A stretch of 64,000 bases of DNA from Octopus sinensis (GCF_006345805.1 NW_021831850.1:124001-188000); one strand, 5' to 3'; shown: positions 13,241 through 26,180, numbered from the stretch's first letter. Translations and numbers: made by a program. Notes: a model not told the origin generated them from the letters alone.

Positions 13241-13244
<4 letters not shown>
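11825..13244 (+). repeat. Inverted copy (~1.4 kb) of PLE2 3' end and pseudo-LTR
   Basis: Reverse complement of 5689-7096, including the GIY-YIG C-terminus (ORF 11822-12010) and the (CA)n tract. Confidence 0.92.
12893..12928 (+). ncRNA. Degenerate hammerhead-like motif (U3-A8; GCAA replaces GAAA)
   Basis: UU-UUGAUAA-GCAU(aacag)AUGC-GCAA-CCGG-UA/AA; weak stem I; mirror copy at ~6003-6038 on the minus strand. Confidence 0.4.
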
Positions 13245-13278
<34 letters not shown>

Positions 13279-13279
<1 letters not shown>

Positions 13280-13544
13280 TCAGTGTTCAAAATGTCTCTC
13301 CACAGTGAATTTTATATATATATATATATATACACACTGTGTTCGAAAAGTCTCTCCACAGTGAATTCTATATATATATATATATATCTATAAAATTTAC
13401 TATGGAGAGATTTTTGAACAGTGTGTGTATATATATATATATAATATATATATAAAATTCCCTGTGGAGAGACTTTTTGAACACTTTGTATATATATATA
13501 CATATATATATATATAGTTTTCAAAAAGTCTCTCCACAGTGAAT

Positions 13545-13597
<53 letters not shown>

Positions 13598-13938
13598 CAC
13601 TGTGGAGAGACCTTTTGAACACTGTATATATATATATATGCAAAATTCACTGTGGAGAAACATTTTGAATACTGTGTATATATATATATAAAATTCAGAG
13701 TGGAGACACTTTTTTAACACTGTGTGTGTATATATATATATATAAAATTCCCTGTGGAGAGACTTTTTGAACACTGAGTATATATATATCTATAAAATTT
13801 ACTATGGAGAGATTTTTGAACAGTGTGTGTATATATGTATATAAAATTCACTGTGGAGAGACTTTTTGTACACTGTGTATATATATATATAAAGCTCACT
13901 GTGGAGAAATTTTTGAACATTGTGTATATATATATATT

Positions 13939-13970
<32 letters not shown>

Positions 13971-14022
13971 ATATATATATATAAATTCACTGTGGAGAGA
14001 GTTTTTGAACACTGTATATATA

Positions 14023-14069
<47 letters not shown>

Positions 14070-14165
14070 TATAAAATTCACTGTGGAGAGAGTTTTTGAA
14101 CACTGTATATATATATATATATATATATATAATTCACTGTGGAGAGAGTTTTTGAACACTGTATA
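13279..14165. repeat. CACTGTG/(TA)n satellite block with a few inverted units
   Basis: Reverse-orientation units at 13279-13313, ~13335-13368 and ~13520-13545; the remainder are forward. Confidence 0.95.
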
Positions 14166-14362
14166 TATATTGTATTGTATATATATTGTCTCTCGGGAGA
14201 CAATGGAGTTGCGCATGAAGTAGTCTAGTCCGGCTTTTATATTTCATGTCCAGATACATTTCCTGCAGTGGCTGTGTAGTCCTATCCTGGACAAACACTC
14301 CCTCTCGCAGGTACCGCAAATGTAGCGAAGACTGTTCCTGGCTGGTTGTAGTGCCATAGTCT

Positions 14363-16042
14363 CTATTTACGTCTCTTCCTTTCTTTCCATTTCTCCTCTC
14401 TCTCTCTGTCACTCCTTTGTATTCCCTTTTTTACGGTACGTCGCCATTCTGCACGGTTGTCGGCAACTGCCTCCCAACCGCTAATATTGATGTTGCAGGC
14501 CTTCATGTCCCTTTTGCAAACATCCTTGTAACGTAAGATCGGTCTACCCACAGACCTAGTACCCCTAGCAAGCTCTCCGTAGAGTATGTCCTTGGGGATT
14601 CTGCCATCTTTCATACGGCTAACATGCCCAAGCCATCTCAAACTTCTTTGTGTGAGGAGTGCAAACATGCTTGGTATTCCTGCTTGCCTGAGGACATCTT
14701 TGTTGGGGATATGATTCTGCCATTTGATGCGGAGGATTTTCCGGAGGCAGCGCAGGTGAAAGATGTTTAGGCGACGCTTTTGGCGTGTGTATAGCGTCCA
14801 AGTCTCACTTCCATACAGTAGAGTGCTGAGTACACATGCCTGGTAGATCTTCATTTTCGTGGTCTTGGTCAGCTTATTGTTGTCCGAAGCCCGTTTGTAG
14901 AGTTGGGCCATCGCAGCAGCTGCCTTGCCAATGCGTATATTGAGCTCAGCGTCAAGGGATAGGTTGTAGGTGACGGTAGAGCCCAGAGAGGTAAACTTCT
15001 CCACCTCTTGTAATCTGTGGTCTCCAATATGTATGTTTGGGATGTCCGATGTAGCCTGGCCCATGATGTTGGTCTTCTTAAGGCTGATAGCTAAGCCAAA
15101 GTCGTTACATGCTTGCTCAAAACAGTTAATGAGCCTTTGGAGGGCTTCTTCTGTGTGTGTTACCAGAGCGGCATCATCAGCAAATAACATCTCCTTGATC
15201 AGGACGTTTCTGATTTTGGTCTTGGCACGCAGGCGCGAGAGATTGAACAGTTTCCCGTCACTTCTACTGTGCAGAAACACTCCATCATCTGATGTCTGAA
15301 AGGCATGTGAAAGTAAGAGCGTGAAGATGCCAAACAATGTAGGAGCGAGGACACAACCTTGCTTTACCCCGTTTTTTATTTGGAAGGCGGCTGATGTTGA
15401 ACCGTTGTGCTATATGGTGCCTTGCATGTCATCATGGAAAGACTTGATGATCCTCAGCAGCTCTGGTGGACATCCGATTTTTTGGAGCAGGATGAAGAAG
15501 CCTGTTATGCTTACCGATTCAAAAGCCTTTGTTAGATCAATGAAGGCCATATATAATGGCATTCTCTGCTCTCTGGACTTCTCCTGAAGTTGGCGTATGG
15601 AGAATACCATATCGATAGTTGATCTGCTTCTTCTAAAGCCACACTGCGATTCCGGATAGATTCGAGAAGCAAGTAGTTGTAGCCTGGCCAGGATAACGCG
15701 GGCAAAGGTCTTTCCGACAGTGCTTAGAAGGGATATACCACGGTAATTGTTACAATCACCACGGTCACCTTTGTTTTTGTAAAGCGTAATGATGTTAGCA
15801 TCCCGCATATCCTGAGGGACTGTACCCTCTTCCCAGCACTGACACAGAAGCTCATGAAGGTGCCGAAGCAGGATGGTGTTTTTGCCGGCTTTGATGATCT
15901 CTGAGGGGATGCCGTTTTTTCCCGGAGCCTTATTTCTTGCTAGGGAGTCAACAGCCTTGGTGAACTCTGCTATAGATGGCGGACTGTCAAGTTCGCACAT
16001 GACTGGCAAGATCTTGACGCTCTCGACTGCAGCCTCAGCCAC
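14363..16042 (-). pseudogene. RTE reverse transcriptase (frameshifted: 15410-16042 and 14363-15337)
   Basis: KAPGKNGI, NYRGISLL, FIDLTKAF, LFADDAAL, LLYGSETW, LRWLGHV. Confidence 0.9.
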
Positions 16043-16069
16043 TGTGGTCTCCCGTGAGTAGAGATCCTG

Positions 16070-17401
16070 CTAGTGCTCCACCCATCTATCCATTTGCTTG
16101 CCTTGATCCCTGATGAGATCTCCAGTAGTTGATTTCAGAGGGGCTGACTTGGTTGCGGATGGACCGAGGGCCTTCTTCAAACCGGCATACATCCCACGGG
16201 TGTCGCCCCTGTCAGCAGCTGACTGGATACTCTGACAGATTTCCTGCCAATACCTATTTGCACAGCGTCTGGCTGTCAGTTGAGTTTTATTTCGTGCCTT
16301 TCTGAGTTCTTCGAGTGACTTTGTAGAAGAGTCAATCTTGTATTGCACCAGAGCTGCACGCTTTGCTTCGATAACTGACTCCAGCTCTGAGAGCCCAGCA
16401 TTGAACCAATCTGGGTTTTGCCTTTCTCTCATGCCGAAAGTATCCAATGATGTCGTATACAAGGCTTCCCTGATATAGTCCCACCTACTTTCAGCAGAGG
16501 AGGTTGGGCAGCTACTGAGGGCAACCTTGATAGGAGCAGCAAAACATTTTCGCAGTGTAGGGTCCGAGGTTCTGGCGGTGTTGATGCGTGGTCGGCCCAC
16601 TTTCTTGGAGCGATGGACTTTTTTAGGCAGAATCCTCGCCCTGCTTCTAATTAGTGAGTGGTCTGTGTCACAATCTACGCTGTGGTAACTGCGGGTCAAT
16701 AGAGTAGAATTTAGAAAGGATCTCCGTGTAATGATGAGATCCAGCTGATGCCAGTGGTGAGATCTTGGATGTCTCCAGGATGCCTTGTGGGATGGCTTGT
16801 TGGTAACCAATGTGTTTGTGATGCACAGGTTGTGGTATGTGCAGAATTCGAGTAGTCTCTGACCATTGTCATTCATGTTGCCAATACCAAAGTGTCCAAC
16901 ACAAATGGGCCACGAATCATGGTCAGATCCCACGCGAGCGTTAAAATCCCCTAGAAGGTAGATATTTTCAGTCGTTGGTATATTTTCTATGACACAGTTG
17001 AGATCTTTGTAGAACTGGTCCTTGGTCTCCTCTGAGCTGTAGAGAGTGGGAGCATAGATGCTGAGTAGATGTACTGAGCCAGAAGAAGTCGAGAGGCGCA
17101 GTGAGAGGATACGCTCAGTGCCTCCCGATGGTGGTTCTATTGAGGAGAGTAGTGAGTTTCTCACTGCAAAGCTAACGCCATGTTGACGAGGTTCTTCTGG
17201 ATCTCTTCCCTGCCAAAAGAAGGTGAAATCCTGCTCTTTGAGTTTGCCGTTTGAGGGAAGTCTTGTCTCCTGCAGCCCAGCAATATCTATGTTGAGCCTC
17301 TTTAGTTCACGGTCAATGATGGCCATTTTCCTTGTGTCTTCAATCCTGAGAAGATCATCAGATATTCCAGGACACATGGTCCTGACATTCCAGCTTGCCA
17401 A
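16070..17401 (-). pseudogene. RTE apurinic-endonuclease domain and linker
   Basis: ASWNVRT, LQETR, YAPT, LGDFNARVG, TDHS-type motifs. Confidence 0.9.
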
Positions 17402-17900
17402 CCGCAGAACTGGTGTTTTCTTGACTTTTAGTTGCTTGCCTGGTGCAGAGGTTGCAGGCCGCTTTTCGGGTCATACTCTTAGCTCCAAGCACCCAATGGA
17501 GCAAACGGCTTGTGGCGGGTCAGCACCTTATTAACTGGGGGCTGCCCAGCTTTAGGTGGGCAGCAGCTAACCAATAGGACACGGAGGTCCCTCCCACCGT
17601 CAGAGGTAACCCGTAGCGCCCATATTTTACGCCAAACTGAATGGACTTATCACTCGTGACTGTTACCTCCCGTGTTGTGTCTGCAGCTTTTCACAGCAGC
17701 ACTGAAGTGTCCTCTCCAGTTTTGCGCAAGCCTGGGCTATAGATAAGAAAGTCCTGGGTAGCCCAATCGTCAGGTTTCCTCTCTCGACCTTGCTGATGTA
17801 GTCCAGTGGAATGAAGTGCATTACGTTTGGCACCAGCTTGGTTGCAGGAGCTTCCGGAAGAGTGTCGAGTCGAACACAAGACCGCCTTCGGGGCTTCATT

Positions 17901-18007
17901 CCGGATTTCTTTGAAGGTTGTCTCCTTTCCGTAACCCTGGATAGGGGCCCATACCGGGTGCTGTCAGCCGGAGCCAGCTGAGCCCGGAACTCGTGTCAGG
18001 CAGGGTC
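17901..18007 (-). ncRNA. Candidate HDV-like ribozyme in RTE 5' UTR
   Basis: P1 GACCCU/AGGGUU with G.U at +1; P2 CCGGUAU/AUCCGG; P3 GGG/UCC; L3 CCCCUA; P1.1 CC/GG; P4 AAGG/CCUU followed by C (17913). Confidence 0.5.
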
Positions 18008-18059
18008 GTCACTCCCTGAAGTAGTGAAGAAGTTCGCTACCCACTACCTTTATGTATAC

Positions 18060-18392
<333 letters not shown>

Positions 18393-18413
18393 GTATATAT
18401 ATATATATATATA

Positions 18414-21400
18414 TACTTTGATACTTTGATAGGTTTCGGCCATTATTGGCCCAGGCCATGTCTAACTTAATAGCACCACCTGGTGAAGTCTTTCAAGTCA
18501 GAATTTGGGCACTATGGCCCGCTCAAGTAGAGAGTTATTGTTTACAGAGACATATCCGGGTGTAGGGGGTTTATCCGGGATTTCTTGAAGGAATCTGTCC
18601 AAAGACTTCTTGAACCCTATAGGGTCAGTTTCTGTTTTAATGTGTTTTGGTGTAATGTTAAAGAGAGCGGGGCCAATTGAGGTGAAATAATTGTGCCGTA
18701 TTGTTGTTATGAGATGAGAGTGCGATTTTTGTTTTGGGCGGATGGCACGGGGCCCAAGCCTTGGATGTACCTTAAAGGTGATGCCAACATCATTTGGGCA
18801 ATGCTGATGGAATATTTTCCACATCATGCAGATGATGTAGCGCTCACGACGACGTTGGAGAGAATAGAGTTTTAGCTTTTCTAGTCGACCCCAATAGTCG
18901 AGGCCTGTCATGCCATCTATCTTTTTTGTGATTGCCCTTTGAGGTGCTTCAACTTTTATGATACCTTGTATTGTGTGGGGAGACCACAGTGGAAAACAGT
19001 ATTCAAGGTGGGGTCGGGCAAAAGTGGAGAAGAGAAGGATAATGGTGTGGATATCTCTCGACTGGAAAGTTCTGAGAATCCAGGAACACATTCTGCGGGC
19101 CATGTCAACTTTGGTGTTTATATGAGTGGCCCAGCTTACGTTGTTGTCCACAATTACTCCCAAGTCTCTGATGTTGTTGGACGCCGCGAGAGTTTCACCT
19201 GAAGGAAGGGAGTATGGGAGTTTCAGGGCATCCTCTTTTCCAAAGTGGATTAGCTCAAATTTATCCTCGTTCAGCAGCATATTGTTTTTTTCTGCCCATT
19301 GGATAACAGCCAGTAGATCTGACTGAAGGCATGTCCGGTCACTCGCCTCATTTATGACCTTCTGTAGCTTGGAGTCATCTGCAAAGATTTTTATGTTGCT
19401 GTGCTTGATGATGTCATTAATGTCATTAATGTAAATGATGAAAAGAAGTGGGCCCAGCACAGTGCCTTGCGGAACGCCACTACTGACTTTGGCTGGGCTT
19501 GATTTTACCCCTTCAACTACAACATGTTGAGATCTGTCTGTCAGAAAACACTTAATCCATTTCAGTAACTTTCCAGAGACACCAATGTTGGATAGTTTTT
19601 TCAATAGGATCTTGTGATCGACCCTGTCGAAGGCCTTACTGAAATCAAGGTAGATGACATCGGTGTTGGAGCCCTCTCCCAAAGCTCTCAAAATGTCCTC
19701 AAAGTGATGCAGGAGCTGCGTTAGGCAGTCCCTTCCATTACGGAACCCATGTTGGTTGGAGATCAGCCGTCTGTTGCTTTCCAGAAATTGGGTTATTCGA
19801 GATCTCACCACCCTCTCAAATACCTTGATGATATGAGAGGTGAGTGAGATCGGACGGTAGTTCACTGCAAGGGACTTGTTTCCCTTTTTGAAAACTGGGA
19901 CAACAGACTGGGACAGAAGGTTTTTTGGAATATAGCCAGCATCCAGTGAGTTTCTCCACAGATTAGCAAGGGGAGGTGCAAGTTGGTGTCGACACACCTT
20001 CAGGACACAAGCAGTGAACCTATCGGGGCCTACTGCTGAATTGTGTTTTATTTCGTTTATCGCCGCTAAGACATCAGGGGCACTAAACGTTATGTCCGAT
20101 ATAGTGTGTTGGGGGTTGACATCACTGATACAGCCCAGATCGGCCATATCAGGATTGCTGAAAATAGAGCAGTATTGTTTCTGCAGTATCTCGGCCATGG
20201 ATTTGGTATTATCTTGGAGAGTGCCAGTTTCGTCAATTAGAGGGCCTACAGTGGAGACAGTGACCCTGCGTTTCCTCGCAAATGAAAAGAACACTTTGGG
20301 GTTGAGTTTGATTTTTTCAATGGCCCACTTCTCCTCAGCTGATCTTTGGTTATTGATGAGGGTCTTCATGCATTGTTGGAGGTTATATTTTTTGGATTCA
20401 AGCAGTGCGATAGCCGTCGAATGTGTGTGTTGCTGTTGGCAGTACTTTAGTTTGTTAATTTTTTTGTTTGTTCTTTTTATTTTTCTGATAATGGTTTTCC
20501 TGTTTTGGGGGATTCTGCACTTTTTGTTCACAGGTCTTGGTGGGGAGTGTTTTGCACATATGTCTGTGACGGTGTCTACAAAGATCTGCCAAGATGTTTT
20601 ATGGTTGGTGGAGATGTGTGTATGTGTAAAGGACCAGTCAACATTTGATAGCTCGTTCCTGATTGCATCCCAGTTGGCTTTATGGAGATCCATGTTGTCA
20701 AATGGGTGGGCTGGAGGAAGGTCACTAGGATTAGCTTTCGGCTGGTGGAATTTCATGTTACAGAGAACCATGTCATGGTCTGAAAGAAGGGTTTTTTCCA
20801 CTGTAACGTTATGTATAGTGTTAGTGTGGTTACTAAACACTAGGTCCAAAATGTTCTGATGTCTTGTTGGTGCATGGACAAGTTGGGACAAGAAAAACTC
20901 ATTCGTAAAGTCGAAAAGTGACTCTGCTGCTTCTTTGTCAGCGGTTGAGGCGGGAGTGCTTGGTTTCAAACAGTTTGTAGTCCAGTCAACACAGGGTAGA
21001 TTGAAGTCTCCCATCATGAGTATGTTGCTAGAATGGCACTGTTGAATAAAGCACTTAATGCTGTTGAGGCATTCTTTAAAGCACAGTATGGGTGTTTGGG
21101 GCGGCCTATAGAGCCCAATTACTGTCAGGTCATTGGCTTTGTTGTGCACGGTGACTGATTCACAGTAGCCGTTGGAGAATATACTATTTCCATCTGCCGT
21201 AAATGAATCATGCAGGAAAATGGCAGTTCACCCTTCCTCCTGCCGATACGATCCGCGCGGATGGTTGTGAAATTCTTCACTCTCACTTCGGCTTCCAAGT
21301 GGGAGTTGTCAAGGTGGGTCTCAGTGAGAATGAAGAAAGGGATGTGGTGTGAATGGTTACCAACCCAGTCTTCAATGAATTGGACCTTCCATTTTTGTGC

Positions 21401-21422
21401 ATTGATGGAAGGGCTGACACCA
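18414..21422 (-). mobile_element. CR1-type LINE family A, 5'-truncated
   Basis: APE-RT ORF2, short 3' UTR and (TATCAAAG)n 8-mer tail; near-identical to 26357-29447. Confidence 0.92.
18498..21149 (-). CDS. CR1-type endonuclease/reverse transcriptase ORF2 (883 aa, lacks N-terminus)
   Basis: LYRPP, MGDFN, SDHDMV, YRPISLTS, YLDFSKAFD, GVPQGTVLGP, IFADD, LYSLQRRRERY; longest unbroken retroelement frame in the window. Confidence 0.85.
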   Translation of the reverse strand: MHNKANDLTVIGLYRPPQTPILCFKECLNSIKCFIQQCHSSNILMMGDFNLPCVDWTTNCLKPSTPASTADKEAAESLFDFTNEFFLSQLVHAPTRHQNILDLVFSNHTNTIHNVTVEKTLLSDHDMVLCNMKFHQPKANPSDLPPAHPFDNMDLHKANWDAIRNELSNVDWSFTHTHISTNHKTSWQIFVDTVTDICAKHSPPRPVNKKCRIPQNRKTIIRKIKRTNKKINKLKYCQQQHTHSTAIALLESKKYNLQQCMKTLINNQRSAEEKWAIEKIKLNPKVFFSFARKRRVTVSTVGPLIDETGTLQDNTKSMAEILQKQYCSIFSNPDMADLGCISDVNPQHTISDITFSAPDVLAAINEIKHNSAVGPDRFTACVLKVCRHQLAPPLANLWRNSLDAGYIPKNLLSQSVVPVFKKGNKSLAVNYRPISLTSHIIKVFERVVRSRITQFLESNRRLISNQHGFRNGRDCLTQLLHHFEDILRALGEGSNTDVIYLDFSKAFDRVDHKILLKKLSNIGVSGKLLKWIKCFLTDRSQHVVVEGVKSSPAKVSSGVPQGTVLGPLLFIIYINDINDIIKHSNIKIFADDSKLQKVINEASDRTCLQSDLLAVIQWAEKNNMLLNEDKFELIHFGKEDALKLPYSLPSGETLAASNNIRDLGVIVDNNVSWATHINTKVDMARRMCSWILRTFQSRDIHTIILLFSTFARPHLEYCFPLWSPHTIQGIIKVEAPQRAITKKIDGMTGLDYWGRLEKLKLYSLQRRRERYIICMMWKIFHQHCPNDVGITFKVHPRLGPRAIRPKQKSHSHLITTIRHNYFTSIGPALFNITPKHIKTETDPIGFKKSLDRFLQEIPDKPPTPGYVSVNNNSLLERAIVPKF

Positions 21423-21438
21423 TATATATATATAGATA

Positions 21439-21492
<54 letters not shown>

Positions 21493-21536
21493 TATATATA
21501 TAAAATTCACTGTAGAGAGACTTTTTGAATACTGTG

Positions 21537-21584
<48 letters not shown>

Positions 21585-21794
21585 AAATAGAAAGATGAAT
21601 AATCTTGTAGTAGATTAATCAAAAGTTTAACCGATACCTTAGTAGCAAAAATCACAGCAGTAAACAGCATGGTTGGAGGTACAACCATCTGGCGTTGCAA
21701 CCGTGCGTTGGTGCGGATAATTGAAATTAAAACATTATTGGTGAATTGAAGAAATGGAGCTGAACGCAGATTGAACAGAAATCGTTTTATTTCA

Positions 21795-21874
21795 TTCTAC
21801 ACGTGTTTCGAAAGGCACAAATTACCAAAATCCGATTGAATAATGGGACCATATTGTGTCTTTCTCTTCAGGAA
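21795..21874 (-). ncRNA. Type I hammerhead ribozyme, long stem II
   Basis: UUC-CUGAAGA-GAAAG(~45 nt)CUUUC-GAAA-CACGUG-UA/GAA. Confidence 0.8.
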
Positions 21875-22085
21875 GAAAAAAGGAAGTCCGTTGGAAAAAC
21901 AAAAACAGAACAGAGGCGGAGCAAAAACAAATCGAACTATGCTCCTAAGAGCCCATGGCGAAACTCTCCATGGGCTCATGGCGAGCCCATGGCGAAACTC
22001 GCCATGGGCTCTTAGGAGCATAGTTCGATTTGTTTTTGCTCCGCCTCTGTTCTGTTTTTGTTTTTCCAACGGACTTCCTTTTTTC

Positions 22086-22165
22086 TTCCTGAAGAGAAAG
22101 ACATAATATGGTCCCATTATTCAATCGGATTTTCGTAATTTGTGCCTTTCGAAACACGTGTAGAA
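22086..22165 (+). ncRNA. Type I hammerhead ribozyme, long stem II
   Basis: CUGAAGA at 22089, GAAA at 22151, palindrome CACGUG, GUA cleavage triplet. Confidence 0.8.
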
Positions 22166-22227
22166 TGAAATAAAACGATTTCTGTTCAATCTGCGTTCAG
22201 CTCCATTTCTTCAATTCACCAATAATG

Positions 22228-22276
<49 letters not shown>

Positions 22277-22318
22277 GAGAGACTTTTTGTACACCGTGTA
22301 TATATATATATATAATAT

Positions 22319-23253
22319 TCACTGTGGAGATACTTTTTGAAGACTGTATATATATATAGATAAGAAAGTTGGTTTGTGAAAGCACGTGGGTGAATATATA
22401 GAAAATAGAACATATAGAGGATAGTTGGGGGTTGTTCGTGGGTTGTTTGGTTTTTCTTTTTTATGTTTTGTAATTTTCTTAAGGAAGGGATTATTTGTAC
22501 CCAATTCATTTTTGAAAGTTGCACTATATTTTTGGAAGAAGTCCATGTTTTTCTCCCAGTGCAGGAGATAATTTCTCTCTTCTTTTTCACAGGTATCCTT
22601 CCAATGATCCAATGTATTTTCGAGGGGCTGTCCCTCGGTATGTTTCAGTATTATATTGTGCATCTCCTCGTCCATGCTTTTAAATTTTTCCTCATTTGTG
22701 GAGGACCTTAGTCTTAGAAGCTCTATTTCTGATCTAAAATTGAACAGAGCTGACTTTTCCCTAATAGTTCTCTGTCCGCAGGCTCGTTAGGAATTAATTT
22801 TATCTGGAATTTGCGTGGGAGGATAATTGGTGTTGAGTTCATCCATCCCTCGTAAATATCTGCTTTGTTGGAATTTTTTATCATGTTCCAGAAGGTGAGT
22901 TTTCTGTTGTGCAGGTTTGTATTCCAAATGTTTCCTAGTTTTCTTTTTGCTGGGTTAATTTGGGTGCGTATGATGTCCTGCTGTGTTTCATTTGGTGCGT
23001 GTGTATTATTTTCGGATTTGTTGATGAAAATTGAATTTAGTGTTGTGTATAACAGTTGCAAATCCTTACTAACCTGGTCAGTGTAGCGAGTTGTATCTGC
23101 ATTGCTTTTACTTTCCCGGGCGAGTAGGTTTGATTCCTCGATTTTGTTGTTCAGGTTAAAAAGCTGTGTATTAATATTTTTCAGTTCTTTGAGTATGTCC
23201 TCATTTAAGGTTTTATCCGAGGTGTTGGTCTTCTGTGGCATTTTCGGTCTCAC
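22319..23253 (-). pseudogene. N-terminal fragment of Penelope ORF (two frames)
   Basis: EDILKELKNIN and WMNSTPIILPRK; second piece matches PLE2 EELKS...YSSNNPF region. Confidence 0.7.
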
Positions 23254-23768
23254 GTGTTTAATATATAGATAAGAAAGTTGGTTTGTGAAAGCACGTGGGT
23301 GAATATATAGAAAATAGTAAAGAGTGAAAAAACGACAGAAGGCTTAAATGTTAAAAATATATATATATTTGCGTCAATATGTCTGAAGAATATTAGAAAA
23401 TTAAAAAAAAAATTTTTTTCTCTTATAATGACATAATTAAAAGAAAGACCGGTTTCGCGTGTAGCTTTTCAAATTTCTTGTGACGTTATGTTTATGTTGA
23501 ATAGAGTTATCGTTGTGTTTATGTTCCGGAGAGTTCTAAATAAGGGGAGGTAGTGGGTGATTTCTTCCGGTGTAAGGGAGATAATCGCTTTAAACATTTT
23601 TTCCTTTCTCTTGATGTGAATTTCTCTGTATCAGTATGTTCGGATGGGTGAGTCTGGGCTTGCACTTTTCAATGAAGAATGTTTCCGCAAATATATATAT
23701 TTGTTGACGCAAATATATATATATTTTAACATTTAAGCCTTCTGTCGTTTTTTCACTCTTTACTATTT

Positions 23769-23770
<2 letters not shown>
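22355..23770 (-). mobile_element. Internally deleted Penelope-like element P3 (no RT)
   Basis: Pseudo-LTR (GIY-YIG tail ETFFIEKCKPRL plus HHR-like motif), then the N-terminal ORF related to PLE2, then a 55-bp repeat of the pseudo-LTR end (22355-22410 = 23262-23317); short inverted piece at ~23700-23770. Confidence 0.75.
23441..23479 (-). ncRNA. Hammerhead-like motif, U3-A8 core variant
   Basis: AAGAAA-u-UUGAAAA-GC(uacac)GC-GAAA-CCGG-UC/UUUCUU; GUC triplet; stem II only 2 bp. Confidence 0.6.
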
Positions 23771-23800
<30 letters not shown>

Positions 23801-23825
23801 ATATATTATATATTATATATATATT

Positions 23826-23893
<68 letters not shown>

Positions 23894-23908
23894 TATATAT
23901 ATATATAA

Positions 23909-25345
<1,437 letters not shown>

Positions 25346-25364
25346 GTATATCTATATCTATCTA

Positions 25365-26180
25365 TATAAATGATACCTGCACCCGGTTACCCTACTTATA
25401 TGAAAATAGCTCTTGGAGATAATTTTTGAAAAAGCTTTTTAAAAGAGATATGATTAACCCTTGCAAGGGGAATTACTCCCATTAGGCGAATGGTGTTTTG
25501 TTTTGACGACATGAGGTTTTTTTTGACAAAGCATGATTAGACGAACACACGAACACATAAAATATTTTCTGCCGCCTGACGGATTTTTCAGCAGTGACCA
25601 TTGTGTAGCGCTTTTTACCAACTTACGGCCGCGCGATTAAACGAACACACGAACACATAAAATATTTTCTGCCGCCTGACGGATTTTTCAGCAGTGATCA
25701 TTGGGTAGCGCTTTTTACCAACTTACGGCCGCGCACATATAGAACAGTTCACACACACATGTTTCTAAGTAGATTTTGTCTCGCCCCATATAATACACCT
25801 AAAATATTCTTAAAATAGTCAGAACCTTAGTCTTGGTCACAAAGAACATCTACGCACCCCGTGCTCTCACCCACCGGATTGACCGCTGCCTGACCTGTAA
25901 ATATCTTCAACGCACCCACCGCCCGATTTCAACATACAGTGATAAACAGTTTGGCCATGGGCTCTTAGGAGCCTCCTCGTTCGATTTGTTTTGCTGCGCC
26001 TCTGTTCTGTTTTTGTTCTGCCAACGGAATTCCTATTTCTTCCTGAAGAGAAAGACACAATATGGTCTCCTTATTCAATCGGAATTTGGTAAATTGTGGC
26101 TTTCGAAACACGTGTAGAATGCAATAAAAGGATTTCTGTTCAATCTTCGTTCAACTCCATTTCTTCTATTCACTAATAAT
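25365..26180 (+). mobile_element. Non-autonomous HHR element (CACGTG family) with 2x100-bp repeat
   Basis: 25955-26180 homologous to 21999-22229; direct repeat 25535-25734; RCLTCKY remnant resembling the Penelope Cys linker. Confidence 0.65.
26040..26119 (+). ncRNA. Type I hammerhead ribozyme, long stem II
   Basis: UUC-CUGAAGA-GAAAG...CUUUC-GAAA-CACGUG-UA/GAA. Confidence 0.8.

Larger units (their letters stand above)
14186..18048 (-). mobile_element. RTE-clade (BovB-like) LINE, near full length
   Basis: Single APE-RT ORF in three pieces; C-terminal CGTCERECLSRIGLHSH in another frame; 3' hairpin ATTGTCTC/GAGACAAT; ~600-bp 5' UTR. Confidence 0.9.
21582..22229 (-). mobile_element. Non-coding fold-back element with two opposed HHRs (CACGTG family)
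   Basis: ~250-bp inverted arms 21731-21961 and 21999-22229; unique extension 21582-21730 matches the reverse complement of ~39670-39826. Confidence 0.8.

Noticed and set aside
20014-20859. 281-aa ORF (and similar 26991-27653, 14970-15299, 51386-51802)
   Set aside because: Antisense shadows of LINE ORFs with no independent motif.
21797-22157. Matching ORFs on both strands
   Set aside because: A by-product of the DNA palindrome; the sequence is better explained as a ribozyme module.
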